NCBI RefSeq assembly: GCF_006345805.1 | Contig: NC_042999.1 | Span: 159,774,001-159,838,000 of the forward strand | From: Octopus sinensis | Taxonomy: Eukaryota | Length of the DNA stretch: 64,000 nt | Direction: 5' to 3' | Shown here: one piece after another, positions 52,337 through 64,000 of the stretch | Position numbering within the stretch: position 1 is the first letter of the stretch | Layout: every line of letters starts with the position of its first letter | The notes under the pieces: generated by a model | Told to the model about the DNA's origin: nothing | The model's input: the letters and a program-made list of their open reading frames with translations, nothing else | The model's database searches: none | Made by a program: the position numbers and the translations under genes

Positions 52337-53199
52337 ATTCCATTGAATTAGGTACTTAAATTGAGGCACCAAACCAGTTTAGTATAGTCAGCACAGCTCA
52401 AAGTTAGATGAACAAAATGAAATGGCTGTAATGCATTGATACCTGGACATCCTTGTTACTTATTTGCATTATATATATATATATATAAGATTACCAGTTG
52501 TAATAGTATTGTAACAACATCAGAAATTCATTTTGAAGTTACGGGTATATTCAGCCAGTCATCTACATTACATTCATCTTTACTTTTAAACCTGTTTCTT
52601 TTTACCCTCTTATCCATCTATGCAATATAGTATAGTCCCTCACTATAAAATAACTGTAACCCAATATAATGCTTGAAATCAAATCTATTGCTAGCAAATA
52701 ATCAACAGGAACAATTAAATAATTGGAATGGCTTATTCTGCAATAAAATACTCGATGCAATAAAAACACAAAACACTGAATTTACAAATCTTTTCAACCC
52801 AAAACAGGATGGAAACAAAATCCAAGAGAAAAAAGAAAAGAGAAATGTATGTCAATAAAATGAATTGTTAAAGACACAAGAGAACACACTCGTTTGGTTA
52901 CAATATCTAATGAAAGGAAATGCTAAATTGTTTAGCAACGGACAATTTTAGGTAAAAGAATTGATACAAAAGAAATCCGAGAAGTAGTTTACCGGGAGAT
53001 GTTTGTAAGAAAATATGATGGCAGTGAAAACACACAGAGGAAAAAAGAAGAAAAAAAGGCCAACTGTGAATTAAAAAAATGTTCTAGTTCTCCAAAAGTA
53101 TTTGTAGAAAAAGAATGTTTTAACATATTGGTAAGTAGTTTTAATGTGTAATATCTGGCAGTTCATACAAGTGAAGTACATTTTATGTAGGTATGTATG

Positions 53200-53255
<56 letters not shown>

Positions 53256-53469
53256 CAAATCTGGTTGGAAGAAAGAGTTTTGGCTTACACAAAAAACAAA
53301 TGAAGAATCTTACAATGGACACCTAATACAATTAACATTATAAAATGATAATTTCTTTAATGCTACTTATTACTATGACTAATGTTGTTATTCTTTTTAT
53401 TTCTTCTCCCAACTACGTAACTCATTATTTCATTGTAATATAATTACTATAATATATATATATATATAT

Positions 53470-53890
53470 AGGCGCAGGAGTGGCTGTGTGGTAAGTAGCT
53501 TGCTAACCAACCACACGGTTCTGGGTTCAGTCCCACTGCGTGACACCTTCGGCAAGTATCTTCTACTATAGCCTCGGGCCGACCAAAGCCTTGTGAGTGG
53601 ATTTGGTAGACGGAAACTGAAAGAAGCCCGTCGTATATATGTGTGTGTATATATATATATATATATATGTATGTGTATGTTTGTGTGTCTGTGTTTGTCC
53701 CCCTAGCATTGCTTGACAACCGATGCTGGTGTGTTTATGTCCCCGTTACTTAGCGGTTTGGCAAAAGAGACCGATAGAATAAGTACTGGGCTTACAAAAG
53801 AATAAGTCCCGGGGTCGAGCTGCTCGATTAAAGGCGGTGCTCCAGCATGGCCGCAGTCAAATGACTGAAACAAGTAAAAGAGTAAAGAGT
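53470..53890 (+). mobile_element. SINE family A
   Basis: As 1757-2203. Confidence 0.9.
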
Positions 53891-53898
53891 ATATATAT

Positions 53899-53964
<66 letters not shown>
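53899..53964. repeat. (GATA)n tetranucleotide microsatellite
   Basis: Direct reading, abuts SINE tail. Confidence 0.95.
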
Positions 53965-53965
<1 letters not shown>

Positions 53966-54304
53966 TGATAATTCCCTGGTTGCCAAAGAAACAGAGTAAG
54001 AATATATATATATATATAAATGAACACAAAATTATGGAGTGTGAAATCTCTGTAGTACAACATCAGATTAATGTAATTTGCCTTCTGAATAGGAAAATGA
54101 ACCTGTCAGCCAGACTTCTTTTTTTTTTTTTTTCTCTGCTATTTCTAAGAGGAAAAGTTTGCTGTCATCAACATTCATATGCATTTGTTCAACAAAGCAT
54201 TTTCCAATAGCATAAGCAATGTATTGAAAAGTGAATGAAAAGAAGTATTAGAAAGTGACAGTTGTTGAATTATGGAACCTTCATTTCTTTCAATCATTCA
54301 GATG

Positions 54305-54589
54305 TTAAGTAAATATTTTTGCAAATGCAGTTTCAATAGGATACTTATTTAATAATTCAGTCAATCTAGCTTTGGACAGCAAATCAATACACTGATTGAT
54401 CATCAGTTGTAGAAAACTACACTCCAGTGGAATGTTAAGTTGATAAAAGGTTACACAAGTCAGTCTCATAGCATACTGGAATCTTTCTTGTAACCTTGGA
54501 TATGACAATTCAGCTTTTTCCAATTTATGTAAGGGAGATTGAATGAGTATCAGGCTTCCGAGGAAAGTTACCTGTGATAAACCAGAGTC
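54305..54589 (-). CDS. Candidate terminal coding exon, 94 codons, unidentified
   Basis: gtttcttttag| then stop-free DSGLSQVTFLGSLILIQSPLHKLEKAELSYPRLQERFQ...ETAFAKIFT*; non-repetitive; no recognised domain. Confidence 0.25.
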   Translation of the reverse strand, partial: DSGLSQVTFLGSLILIQSPLHKLEKAELSYPRLQERFQYAMRLTCVTFYQLNIPLECSFLQLMINQCIDLLSKARLTELLNKYPIETAFAKIFT

Positions 54590-54988
54590 CTAAAAGAAAC
54601 AGGAGGTCGTTTGCAATTATTCACTTACTGCAATTAAACACCTGCACTATGTCCACACATTTATACTTCTGGTTCTCAAAAAGAGTTGCTGATTTCATGT
54701 ATACAGAAAAAATTATCATTAACTCAAATGATAAATAAATAAAAGTGAAGGGAAGAGACTACATTTTCAAAGGAAAATTGCAAATATGAATTAAATTAAA
54801 GTATATAAAATTCATTACAGATGTCAAACAAATTTGCCCTTTAACTTCATAAAAAGTTACTAACATATTTTTGTAAGATAAGTCTTCAATAACCAGAGGA
54901 ATATTTCTAAAAGTAGAAATATGCAATAAGTTATAAATGTACATTATTTACAATGGATGGATAGGTGTCTTCATCTTGCTTCTTGTTT

Positions 54989-55034
54989 ATCACAACATTT
55001 CAGCTGATGTACTCTCCAGCCTTCATCAGGTGTT
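54989..55034 (-). ncRNA. Minimal type I hammerhead-like motif (slightly decayed)
   Basis: AACAC-CTGATGA-A-GGCTG-GAGAGTACAT-CAGCT-GAAA-TGTT-GTG. Confidence 0.55.
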
Positions 55035-55600
55035 CTGGTGGAATTTTGAACCCAATCCTTTATTTGACTAATAGGGTATTCATTCCTAAGGTATGCTGCT
55101 GCTGTTATTTTTCTGTTGATATTATTTTTCAATTCCCTGCCTGGGATTGAACTTACAATCTGAGGGTTAGTAGCCCTCACTCTTATCGACTATGCTATAT
55201 GCTTGTGGGCAATTATAGAGTAACTTTTAGGACTTATAAACCTATTATTTTATCCTTTCTTAATACTGGTTCCCATATCACATTCATATCTGCACTGGGT
55301 CTGCTTGGTTATTGTGTCCTAGCATATGTGCAGCCTGTTTTAATTTTCCTAAACAGACCTAGTGCAGATATGAATGTAATACTAGGTTTATAAGCCCTAA
55401 AATTCACTCTATAATTGCCCACAAGCATATAGCATAGTGGATAAGAGCATGGACTACTAACCCTCGAATACTAAGTTCAATCCCAGGCAGGAACTTGAAA
55501 AAATAATATCAACAGAAAAATAACATCAGCATCATTCCTTAGGGATCAAAACAGTGTACCCCATTAGTCAAATAATGAGTTGGTTTTGAAATTCTACGAG

Positions 55601-55646
55601 AACACCTGATGAAGGTTGGAGAGTACATCAGACAAAACGTTGTGAT
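55601..55646 (+). ncRNA. Minimal hammerhead-like motif, decayed (G12 to A)
   Basis: AACAC-CTGATGA-A-GGTTG-GAGAGTACAT-CAGAC-AAAA-CGTT-GTG. Confidence 0.4.
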
Positions 55647-56776
55647 AACAAAATGAGGACACCTATATGCCCATTGTAAATAATGTACAGAATTCCTCAT
55701 CTGTAAGTTATAAATTGACATAGGTTAGAACCTTCTACATTGATAAAAAATTTCAAATTTCTTAACTATGCCAGAAATGCATATTATCAAGAAACCAGCA
55801 AGCAATAATTTAAATGACTAATTTATAAGTAAATATATAAATGCAGTATGGCAATACTTTAACTACTGTACAAATGTAACTGATCTGTAACAATAGATGG
55901 CTATAGTTCAGAACTATACAAGTACAAATAGTAATGCTGATCCAGTGATAAAGGCAGCATTCTCAGTAGACGAACGAGGGTCCTTTTGATACCAACCCAC
56001 CTGAGACCACCTCAGGTTCTATAACATAATCTTGCTGTTTTATAGTAGTCCAAATAATAATCTTTCATCAAAATTTTATGCTAACTTGTTCTAGTCCCCA
56101 GCTTAATAATGATAATGTTATTTTAGTAAATACTTCGTTATTTTAAAACCTAATTGAAACAAAGATAGTATATTTCTGAAATCAGCTATTTTTAAAAATA
56201 TCTTTTCATCTTTTATACAGATATTAATCATACAAATGGAGATATCAAAATATTTATTAATAATCAAATCAATATACACTAAAGATAACTGAACAGAATG
56301 GGTGGGTAGGTGGGTATGTGTGTGTGTGTGCTTGTGTGTGTGTGTGCACATGTGCATGCATGGATGCATGCATGGATGCATGCATGCATGCAACTGTATT
56401 GAGTAGATTTTAGTCTAAGCCAAGAGAAAGAACAGAAATGACAGAACCATTTACTCCTATGAGACAAATCTTGTAGATCTTAGAAGGGCAGGTTAGAATC
56501 TAAAGACAATTCCTTCCACTCTTCACTACAGACTCAGCACTTCATTGGAAAGTAGTACACAAATGGAGATGTTGCAAACATCAATTCTTAGGTTTAATTT
56601 AGAGATAATCTTGTCTGTACAATTTGAAAGCTATTTAGAACATCTAGAGCACAAAGTTGGCTTTCAAACTTCAAAAATTGTTAATAGCATATCAGAGTAG
56701 CTAATGACATTTTGGAATGGAATATACTGAAAGTCAAAAAATATTGTTTGAAACTGTGGGGAGAAAGAGTTATTAA

Positions 56777-56990
56777 CCCTTTCGTTACTGTATTTATTTT
56801 GAGATGCTCTGTGTTTCTTTCAATTACTTTAAATATAACAAAGAATTTAGTAAAATAACTTAGTTATCATTCAGCTAGTGTTAGGAACATAAATTGTGAC
56901 TAAGGTTTGGTGGAAGATTTATATTATTTGAAAACAAGACATTTGTACTCAGAGCCAGAGCCGGTTTCAGCCGGGTTAGTAATGAAAGGG
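56777..56990 (-). mobile_element. piggyBac-type MITE (214 bp)
   Basis: TTAA at 56773-56776 and 56991-56994; same family as 1008-1221. Confidence 0.88.
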
Positions 56991-57904
56991 TTAAATAGTA
57001 TCAGCCAGTTAAGTATAAGCCTGAGATCAAAAAACAAATAAATATAGTACCACTAAGAAACTTATTTATCTATCATCATTATCATTATTATTACTACAAC
57101 TACTACTACTATTACCTTTAACATTAACAATTGTTCATGAAGCTTGAGGAAAGATAGATTAAAGAATATTAGTAGTACTTGATTTTTTTTTTTTTTTGTA
57201 GGTGCAAGACCACATATTTATAAAGAGAAGAGGAACAGCCTTGCTTCATGCTATTACCATTCCCAGAGACAACTGTAGTGTAACTGAATAAAAGTTGTAA
57301 GTCATTCATTAATCAAATAATATAAATGTTGATGAATATCAAATAATATGGTACAGTAAGATAAGAAACATATAACAGCTAAATTTGACTGTTTAGGCAT
57401 TGAGTACTAATAAAAATTAAAAGCTCAGAAAAATTACTAAAACCAACACTAGAGAAAGAGTGAGTTTTCTATCTGACACTGTTACTTAAAAAGTATACTT
57501 ATCACTTTAGCATTATTCACAATGTTTCACAAACATGATACAAAGAATAGGCAGATCTTGGCCATCGTTTAATTGGGACAGAATGGAAGGGCACCTGTTG
57601 CAAAAGGTGCAATAATGGTTATTTGAGCACCACAATTTTCACTGACGTAACCCGAAGGTATTTGGTGATAAGCTATAAATTTTTCAAGTACCTTTTTTGT
57701 GTGTTTGTATAAATGCTTTAAGATGCATGTATATGCCAATTTTCTCAATGACAGATATGGTATGTATCTTTAGTTATCCTAAAGTCAGAATATTCCTAAA
57801 TTTACAAGACTCAAAACACATCAAACATGGAAGAAATATTGCCTCCAGCCCCATGCAATAAAAACAACAAAATGAAAAAAGAAAGATCTTTATACTACAT
57901 AGTT

Positions 57905-57977
57905 GCCTCCATAGCTCAGTGGTTAGAGCACTGGTCTTGTAAACCAGGAGTCGTGAGTTCGATCCTCACTGGGGGCT
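57905..57977 (+). tRNA. tRNA-Thr-TGT: tRNA-Thr, anticodon UGU
   Basis: Complete cloverleaf: GCCTCCA/TGGGGGC acceptor, GCTC/GAGC D stem, CTGGT/ACCAG anticodon stem with TGT at 57938-57940, GTGAG/CTCAC T stem with TTCGA loop. Confidence 0.97.
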
Positions 57978-57988
57978 TCTGTTACACA

Positions 57989-57995
57989 TTTTTTT
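57989..57995 (+). terminator. RNA polymerase III terminator (T7)
   Basis: Seven Ts 11 nt after the tRNA discriminator base. Confidence 0.85.
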
Positions 57996-58000
57996 CAGCT

Positions 58001-58060
58001 GTGGTGCCCCAGCATGGCCGCGGCCTTCGGACTAAAAGATTTTTAAGGATTTAAGGATTT
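58001..58060 (+). mobile_element. SINE/LINE-type 3' tail fragment
   Basis: GTGGTGCCCCAGCATGGCCGC resembles the family A tail GCGGTGCTCCAGCATGGCCGC; ends in AAGGATTT repeats. Confidence 0.55.
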
Positions 58061-60616
58061 ACATGATCCCAAATATAATGAAAAGCTGTATGTTCTTTAA
58101 ATTAAAGAAAAAGGTATATCTAACCAAGAGGAAAGGTTTAATAAATACCACCAGATAATGGAATAAAAAATGTGCCCACATTGTAAAGTAACTTAAATAT
58201 GTAACCATAGAAAGAAAATATAAACCAGTTACTGGATTAAATTCAAAATAAATGAGGGCACATTATCAATATCATTTCCATGATGCAAATTCACTTTTTA
58301 TTATTAACACATGCACACTCCCTATTACATGTGTATATATATATACACATATATATTCACACACACAATATACATACACACATACACTTATCTGGCAGGC
58401 AGCTTGAAGTTAATGGAAAATCAGTCAGCTTTACCTTACGTGGATGCATGTAATGCAACAAAGAATAGCTAAAACTTAAATATTACTAATACAAAATAAA
58501 GTATATATATATATATATATATACAAAATTTGTTCTGCAAGCTTTTTCAGAAAATAACTTTTTAAATTTCTCTGTACAGTTGATGGGTGGTTTTACAAGA
58601 AATATGTTACATGTGTATGCTCTAATATATGTGAGTGTATATTGTGCTCGGTTTGCTAAATGATATTAAAAGATTGTATTATCATCAGAAAGTCTCCCTA
58701 AATAATAAAGTAGAAACAGATAAGCTATAATCTAAAATTTGAAAGTTTGCCAAAAACCGTCTTACATTTGAAATCTTCAAAGAGTAAGAATACATATCTA
58801 TAATTCAAGGCCATCCCAATAATTAAAACTAATTCTCCTCCATGGCAAAAGTTAAGTTTTATTAAGTTTTAAAAAATTTTTGAAACAGCTAAATGGCAGG
58901 AATATATTATTATCCTCATAAAAAAAAAAACATTAAAAAATATCATAGAATGAAAATATTAAAATTTTGATTCCATCCGAAAAAATGCATATAGCATTTT
59001 ACTTTCTACATAAATTATCAAAACTTTCAATATGTTTTTCTTATAGGTCATATCAATAGAAAAATTCTGCTCTGCTTATGATTCAATTCATGAAAATACT
59101 TATTAAACTGGAAATTTTGAAGTAGTTCTAGTGCTGGTATTAAAGTAAAATTTTAATGAAAATGGACATTTGCCCACATTATGGTTAAACTGAAGAAATG
59201 TAATGAGTGTGTTGTATCATGTGTAAGCTGTGATGTATCATGAATGGAATGTTTATTATATGTGTATGTGTAATAAAATACCTTTGATGTACAGACAAGG
59301 TAAGGGTTTATTTATATTATCATTTTTTTTTTTTTTCACAAATGAACAGAAATATAATGAAATTGTCTCAAAACAAGTTCTCTTGTATTTACCAATCATA
59401 GTTAACATAGAAAAATGACATGAAATTTGGGTGAGTAGTAAGCACTTGTTCCAAATTTTTTTTTTAAATTGATCTTGAAATTAATTGGGTTTGTAATGAG
59501 CAATCATCTATTAATTTGATTGAAAGCTCAATGTTTTATCATGCAACTTTACAACAACCAAAGAAAAATATGAAATCAAATCGTAGCCTTTCTGCTTTCA
59601 AAGATACGAATGTTGTGAGGTAAATGAGATATGAGAGGCAGTATCATATAAAACTGAAGATGGTGACTGAACAAGACTAGTGAGAGAATTTGTTACAAGT
59701 TTTAAGTAAAAACTGATATACATCAAACATGTTAAGATTCTATTTCTAGAAATCTGATATAACTGACAGATTTGTTTTCTTTACAGGATTGTAATTCAAT
59801 TATGCTACAACTCAATTATAAGTTAGGTAATGTAAGAAATAGATTTTTAAAAAATTAAAGTTTTCTGGCAAGAAAAGTAAGAGAAAAATTAATGGCTTTA
59901 TTTAGTTTGCTGCAAACTGACGGTAATTCTTCTTGGCTTGTATCAAGAGACAAGATACAGCCAATATCAGAGACCAGATAACAAGGTAGCAGCTATCTAT
60001 TAACAAATAACTGTGATAATAACCATATTTTTATTATAAAGGCTCCTTCCTTATTCTACCCCAAGTCAGCTTCACTTTTTACTAACTTATTTTAGTATTC
60101 ATAAAAAGAAAATACTAATAAATCTGTTAGGAAAATACAAATATTAGACAAAACATATAAACACAGTGCATGTATATATGTATAGGTGTGTGTATGTATG
60201 TACACAGATGTAAAATTTTATGTACAATTTAAAAAAATATAGATGAAAAATAAAGAAAATAACACAATTAAAAAATAACATTGATAAAAACAAAAAAAAT
60301 AACAAACTACAAAATGTGTTTTCTTTTTACAGATACATTTTTTTTTTCTTAAAGGCAAATTACTTTTCTTTGGAGCTTTGCTTAATGTCAACCAACAACT
60401 TTATTATTAGTTTCAGGCATCAGCCTGCTATGGTTGTTGGAACAAAAAAAAAAAAAAAGTCTCAAAATAATCTACAGCCATATTGTGTTCATTCAGTTAT
60501 TTTCCATTCCTGAACAGATGTTAAACTTGGAAAGGTGGTAGGTATCAAGCTGGTGACTTTAATATTACAACTATTAAGGTTTGAGAAAGATGTCAGTCAA
60601 CGTGTGGGGTGTAGGT

Positions 60617-60907
60617 TCATAACCGTTTGATAGTCCGTGCTAAACCTTTGGCAAGTGGGAAACTGGCACAGCAGAATCCCCTCATCATACGCCCCTGCAC
60701 AACATGGTACTCCTCATTGTCAGGTGAGATCAGTTGATCGCCATTTGCGGAACTATCCACGTTAGCATTGTCCTTAAGCCGCAGCTTGGCTAAGTCCACT
60801 GTACAGCAAAGTCCCGGAAAAGCAGCATTAATAAAAGAGCAGGCGATGATGAGGCAAGTGGGAAGAAATACAGAAATAGACAATGGTGACAAGGTAACTG
60901 ATGACAT
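60617..60907 (-). CDS. Candidate coding segment, 96 codons, unidentified
   Basis: GC-richer, non-repetitive open frame with hydrophobic N-terminal stretch and CC pairs; splice boundaries unclear; could be a transposon relic. Confidence 0.2.
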   Translation of the reverse strand: MSSVTLSPLSISVFLPTCLIIACSFINAAFPGLCCTVDLAKLRLKDNANVDSSANGDQLISPDNEEYHVVQGRMMRGFCCASFPLAKGLARTIKRL

Positions 60908-61841
60908 AAGTCAAATTACCTGAGACTAAACACTGTAAGTAAGGTTAAAATAACAGTCTTATGGTTTCCAATAAGAATCTAATTACAAATTGTTTGAGTT
61001 ATACACATGTGTATGTATGTGAGTGGACATATAATTACAGATATACACACACACAAAGGAGCAAAAATATTGATTTAAGTTGTAACATTTATACCAATGC
61101 AGAGCTATAGGAAACTGAGGAGACAGCATTTTCAATGTTTTCACTTTTTCTTGTCTATGTGTGTGCACATGTGTTTGAGTGCCTCAGCGAGTGTAATCTT
61201 GATAAATTGCCTAACCTGATGCACATGATCTAACAAGAGATAGCAAAAATAAACCAAAAACAAATCCAACGATTACGTCTCTGTACTTGCTTTAACAACC
61301 TCCCTTAATCTAAGAGAATAATTCTCTATAAATGGCCAACTGTTCTGAAAGATTAATCATAAAACCATGTAATGAAGACAGAAGCATTGTCTCCCTAAAT
61401 TACTATAAATTCATAAGAATATCTATAAAAGAGTATTACTGTGGGGAGGAGGAAAATCTGATAGAACACAACTACAGGCTTCAAAATGAATGCTATGTTA
61501 TGTTGCTAAACTCTGGATTAAAAACTAACCCAGGATCAACATAGCCACTCATACTTTTAGCACTGATGAAATTAGTACAAATTTTAGAGATCAGTATAAC
61601 AATTTGGGTGCTATATGTAATGTCACCTGATTTAACAGCACTAGCTGAATTCAGATGCCTTTAGCAGAGTCCCTACTTTGTTGCAAGCTTTCAGGCTAAC
61701 ATAACTTCCTTCCTTCTTTCCTTCTTTCTTCACACCAATCTCAAATATAATGAGAAAGGTTTTGAGCACGGCCCTTCTTCCTTTAAGTAAGTCATTAAGG
61801 GGATGACATCCCTCCTCTGAAAAACTGACCTTGTTTCTTAA

Positions 61842-62062
61842 CCCTTTATCAATATAACCGGCCATATCCGGCCAAAAATATTCAGCCTGTTCTATGTTCA
61901 AACTGGCCAGATCAGGTCTCTCACACCAACCCTACAATATCATCTTAAAAATTAGCAGCTATCTCATCAAAATCTCATAGCTACAAGATAATGCATGATT
62001 AGTTCAAAACAATTTGGATGACAAAGCATTAATTTTGGCAGAATAATGCAAACACTAAAGGG
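61842..62062. mobile_element. Second piggyBac-type MITE family (221 bp)
   Basis: TTAA|CCCTTTA ... TAAAGGG|TTAA (61838-61841, 62063-62066). Confidence 0.75.
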
Positions 62063-62904
62063 TTAAAGAAATCAACAGTGCTACATAGTTGATCCATGTT
62101 GAGCCAAGTGGGAGGTTAGGGACAAGGAATAAAGTTATCATGATGCTATGAATCTGCTAATTTGAAGGTGGATAACAGGTAATATTCAATATCTTCCTGA
62201 TATGAAAAGCAGACTTAAACAAATTGAGAAACAGTATTTACTGACCATGAGTATAAGCTGATATCAGTATACAGAACTGAATGCTGCTACCAATGTATAA
62301 ACAAAAGCAACATCTGGGTCATTTTACTTTTTTACATAAAGAAGGAAGAAGCAGTGTCAAAAAGTTTGTTCTGATACTAATGAATCAATTATATTTATGA
62401 ATTTCTACTCAAAAAGAACCCATAATTTTTCTGCCTTACACAGACATCGCAATTATTAATTCTTTACACTAATCGTCTAAGTCAGACTTTAAGAATTTAT
62501 GTATGAGGTTAGTAAAAAATTGTTTACAAATAAAAACAAAATACACGAATACTAATTAAAACTGTAAGATAAAATAATGGTAAAGAGTTCCATGAAATTT
62601 TTTCTTCTCTTATTTAACTTTCTACCATTAATAATTCAACATGAAATTGTGAAAACACATTCAACAGATAGCTTAAATTTTATTGTACATTGGCTTATAT
62701 TCTTACACACAGTAACTTAATATTTACTGTGTTTACAGATTAGGTTTAATATTAGAATTAAAATGCTACTAGAAAGCAAATGTCAGTCATATCATATATG
62801 GTTCTCTGAACATAGAGGAAGCCCTAACCATTTCTAATAGCAGAAAAGAAAATAAATTACAACATATAAAAGGCATTTGGCTTCTGAATCATGAGTGTGC
62901 ATAC

Positions 62905-62912
<8 letters not shown>

Positions 62913-62954
<42 letters not shown>
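62913..62954. repeat. (AG)n microsatellite
   Basis: Direct reading. Confidence 0.95.
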
Positions 62955-62957
<3 letters not shown>

Positions 62958-64000
62958 TACCTAAACTTATGTTAGTAATTGGTTGCAAGACATGCAATTA
63001 ACTCAAAAACGATGAAACATGAAAAAACACTTTTAAAAATTAATTTGCTTATATTTATTTTGATAAATGGTTTGTACATATTTTCCCACATTCTATTTGA
63101 TCTTCTACTTTAGTATCGGTATTAAGGTGTTTTATTTTTAATTTGTATGCTGAAACCAATAAATTGACTAATTAGCTTTTTTCTTCATTAATTTTTAAAA
63201 GGAAAAAATGTAACTCAAAATGATTGTAAGTCGAGGTATGCCTCTGTATATGCATGCACACACACACACACGCATAATTGAAATGGAATTTGAACGGGAT
63301 GAAAAGTGGTGGTGTCACTATATCAAATGAGAAGGAATAGAAATGCTATCTCTAAAAAATAATGCAAGGTGAGTGAATCATACGAATGGAAGTTAAATGT
63401 AATTAATATAAACGAAAAAAAAATATATTCTGCATATGAATTAGGAATGAAGGAAATACATGCAGGATTAATGAAAGAATATATTCAAGGAAGGTTTATA
63501 AAATCTTAAGTTCCAAAATGACATTTCCGCACAGTGAAGAATTTTACGATTGACTTTATCAAATAAAGCACTAGGTGAGTCAGATAAATTCCAGAAAACA
63601 CATTATGGCCTGTGTCAACAAATAAAAAAAACATAAGATGCTCATAACAGATTCCTACTACTCTTCTGTACACAGTACAGGTTACTAACTTATTCATTTC
63701 TCTTTGTGACCATTTTATATTTTGTAAAGACACCGAAGTTGTTTCTTTAACTAAACACCATCGTTTCTGCGTCATAATTACTGTGACAATACATTCTATC
63801 ACACACAACAACTATAACTAAACAAAATAAGATTCAGTAGCTACAACACAATTTCAAAATGAAAGTTTAAATTAAATAATTGATTAGAGATTAAATAGAT
63901 TACAATTCTGTACTGAAAAGTCTCCAAGTTCACCTTAGCATTTTTTTCTAGTATCATAGTGAAATAATTACTAAAATACGAAATATAACAAGAGTATAAC

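Larger units (their letters stand above)
54938..55689. mobile_element. Fold-back element: two divergent arms, each with tRNA-like head plus hammerhead motif
   Basis: 54938-55308 is a diverged reverse complement of about 55348-55689; heads at 55135-55203 (-) and 55424-55492 (+). Confidence 0.85.

Noticed and set aside
52606-53129. Exon-like segments on opposite strands (minus 52606-52737, plus about 52952-53129)
   Set aside because: Mutually awkward; the plus strand reads more like a decayed LINE endonuclease-linker region with stops
59787-60541. Small plus-strand exon-like pieces (59787-59826 and about 60518-60541)
   Set aside because: Short frames and splice-like motifs arise by chance at this AT content; no peptide support
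63506-63811. 101-aa minus-strand ORF
   Set aside because: Starts at TTG, no recognisable motif, no consistent exon structure

Overview
AT-rich (repeat-dense, largely intronic/intergenic) animal DNA; the SINE families, (TA)n/(TACA)n microsatellite load and RTE/Penelope content look like an octopus (coleoid cephalopod) genome - this assignment is from recognition, not a search. Firm calls: an intact tRNA-Thr(UGU) gene (57905-57977), a full-length dead mariner (45745-46995), a 5'-truncated RTE LINE (11623-13656), many tRNA-derived SINEs of at least four families, TTAA-flanked piggyBac-type MITEs (one nested in another), a non-autonomous Helitron, and Penelope-type GIY-YIG relics. No host protein gene could be named; only a few weak candidate exons (best: 31782-31856, minus strand) and a promoter-like structure at about 26.7-26.9 kb. 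Most ORFs in the supplied track are microsatellite or SINE artefacts. Main hunt result: several unrelated fold-back (inverted-dimer) repeats carry minimal type I hammerhead-ribozyme folds. One family (6855-7129, 45605-45655) has a complete fold with the core C3:G8 pair swapped to G3:C8 (GUGAACA instead of CUGANGA), which a standard motif search would miss. Another (54938-55689) couples a tRNA-derived Pol III head to a hammerhead in each arm. Ribozyme activity is inferred from structure and is untested.
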